A stretch of DNA of 64,000 nt from Cyanidioschyzon merolae (taxonomy: Eukaryota): the NCBI GenBank assembly GCA_000091205.1, contig AP006500.2; one strand, given 5' to 3'. The notes under the pieces are model-generated. The model did no database searches and had not been told where the DNA came from. It saw nothing but the letters and a program-made list of their open reading frames with translations. Below, in pieces: positions 63,892 through 64,000 of this stretch. Numbering within the stretch: the first letter of the stretch is position 1; each line of letters opens with the position of its first letter. Position numbers and translations under genes: made by a program.

Positions 63892-64000
63892 GCCAAGAAA
63901 CCGTGGTGAAGGCAAAGCGCGTCCGAGTCGGACCGGCGTCTCGACGCCAGTGCGTTCCCGGAAGGAGTTCGCTGCACGGTGTTGGATTCCAATTCCCAGG

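Noticed and set aside
1-64000. Prokaryotic features (CRISPR arrays, operon-style defence islands, sigma-70 promoters, rho-independent terminators)
   Set aside because: No short direct repeats with unique spacers are present. The only tandem arrays are coding minisatellites or a 2-copy duplication. Gene content is eukaryotic housekeeping (DDX11, P5 ATPase, LINE RT). The TTG/GTG starts in the ORF track are artefacts of the ORF finder.

Overview
This 64 kb window is GC-rich (~60%) and reads as intron-poor eukaryotic nuclear DNA. It has long uninterrupted ORFs on both strands and several proteins swollen by low-complexity tracts (polySer, polyGln, polyHis) that arise from in-frame trinucleotide microsatellites. 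The ORF track reports TTG and GTG as starts, so its 5' ends are unreliable; I moved starts to a downstream ATG where a conserved domain made that sensible.

From motifs I recognise these housekeeping genes:
- biosynthetic threonine dehydratase with a PLP site and paired C-terminal regulatory domains;
- a HAD-IIA phosphatase of the PGP/PHO13 type;
- a DDX11/CHL1-type DEAH Fe-S helicase;
- a bacterial-type TrmL/SPOUT RNA 2'-O-methyltransferase with a long N-terminal extension;
- a giant P5B-type P-type ATPase (1998 aa);
- a DEAD-box RNA helicase with DEVD in place of DEAD and a polyGln tract;
- a 2339-aa cysteine-containing LRR protein of the FBXL type;
- a CysJ/Met10-like NADPH diflavin reductase carrying an N-terminal membrane anchor.

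Several large hypothetical proteins are also present.

The part most worth a second look is a low-GC accessory island at about 27.9-34.9 kb.
- On the minus strand it carries a roughly 835-codon reading frame for a TnpB/Fanzor-like RuvC nuclease. The RuvC-I motif is ..FVTIDSGV.., the RuvC-III motif is ..NRDFNAAINV.., and the zinc ribbon is degenerate.
- That frame is broken by two single-base frame changes, one at an A7/T7 homopolymer.
- It carries an unusual array of five 75-bp tandem repeats coding acidic residues, inserted between the RuvC-I and RuvC-II regions.
- Head-to-head with it, across an AT-rich spacer, is a degenerate non-LTR retrotransposon. This has a single long frame with RT motifs 0-7, a basic N-terminal region, two in-frame TAG codons, later frameshifts and no recognisable APE endonuclease.

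The Fanzor-like nuclease, its possible 3' guide-RNA region and its relation to the LINE are the top candidates for follow-up. Everything was inferred by eye from motifs. No database search was run.
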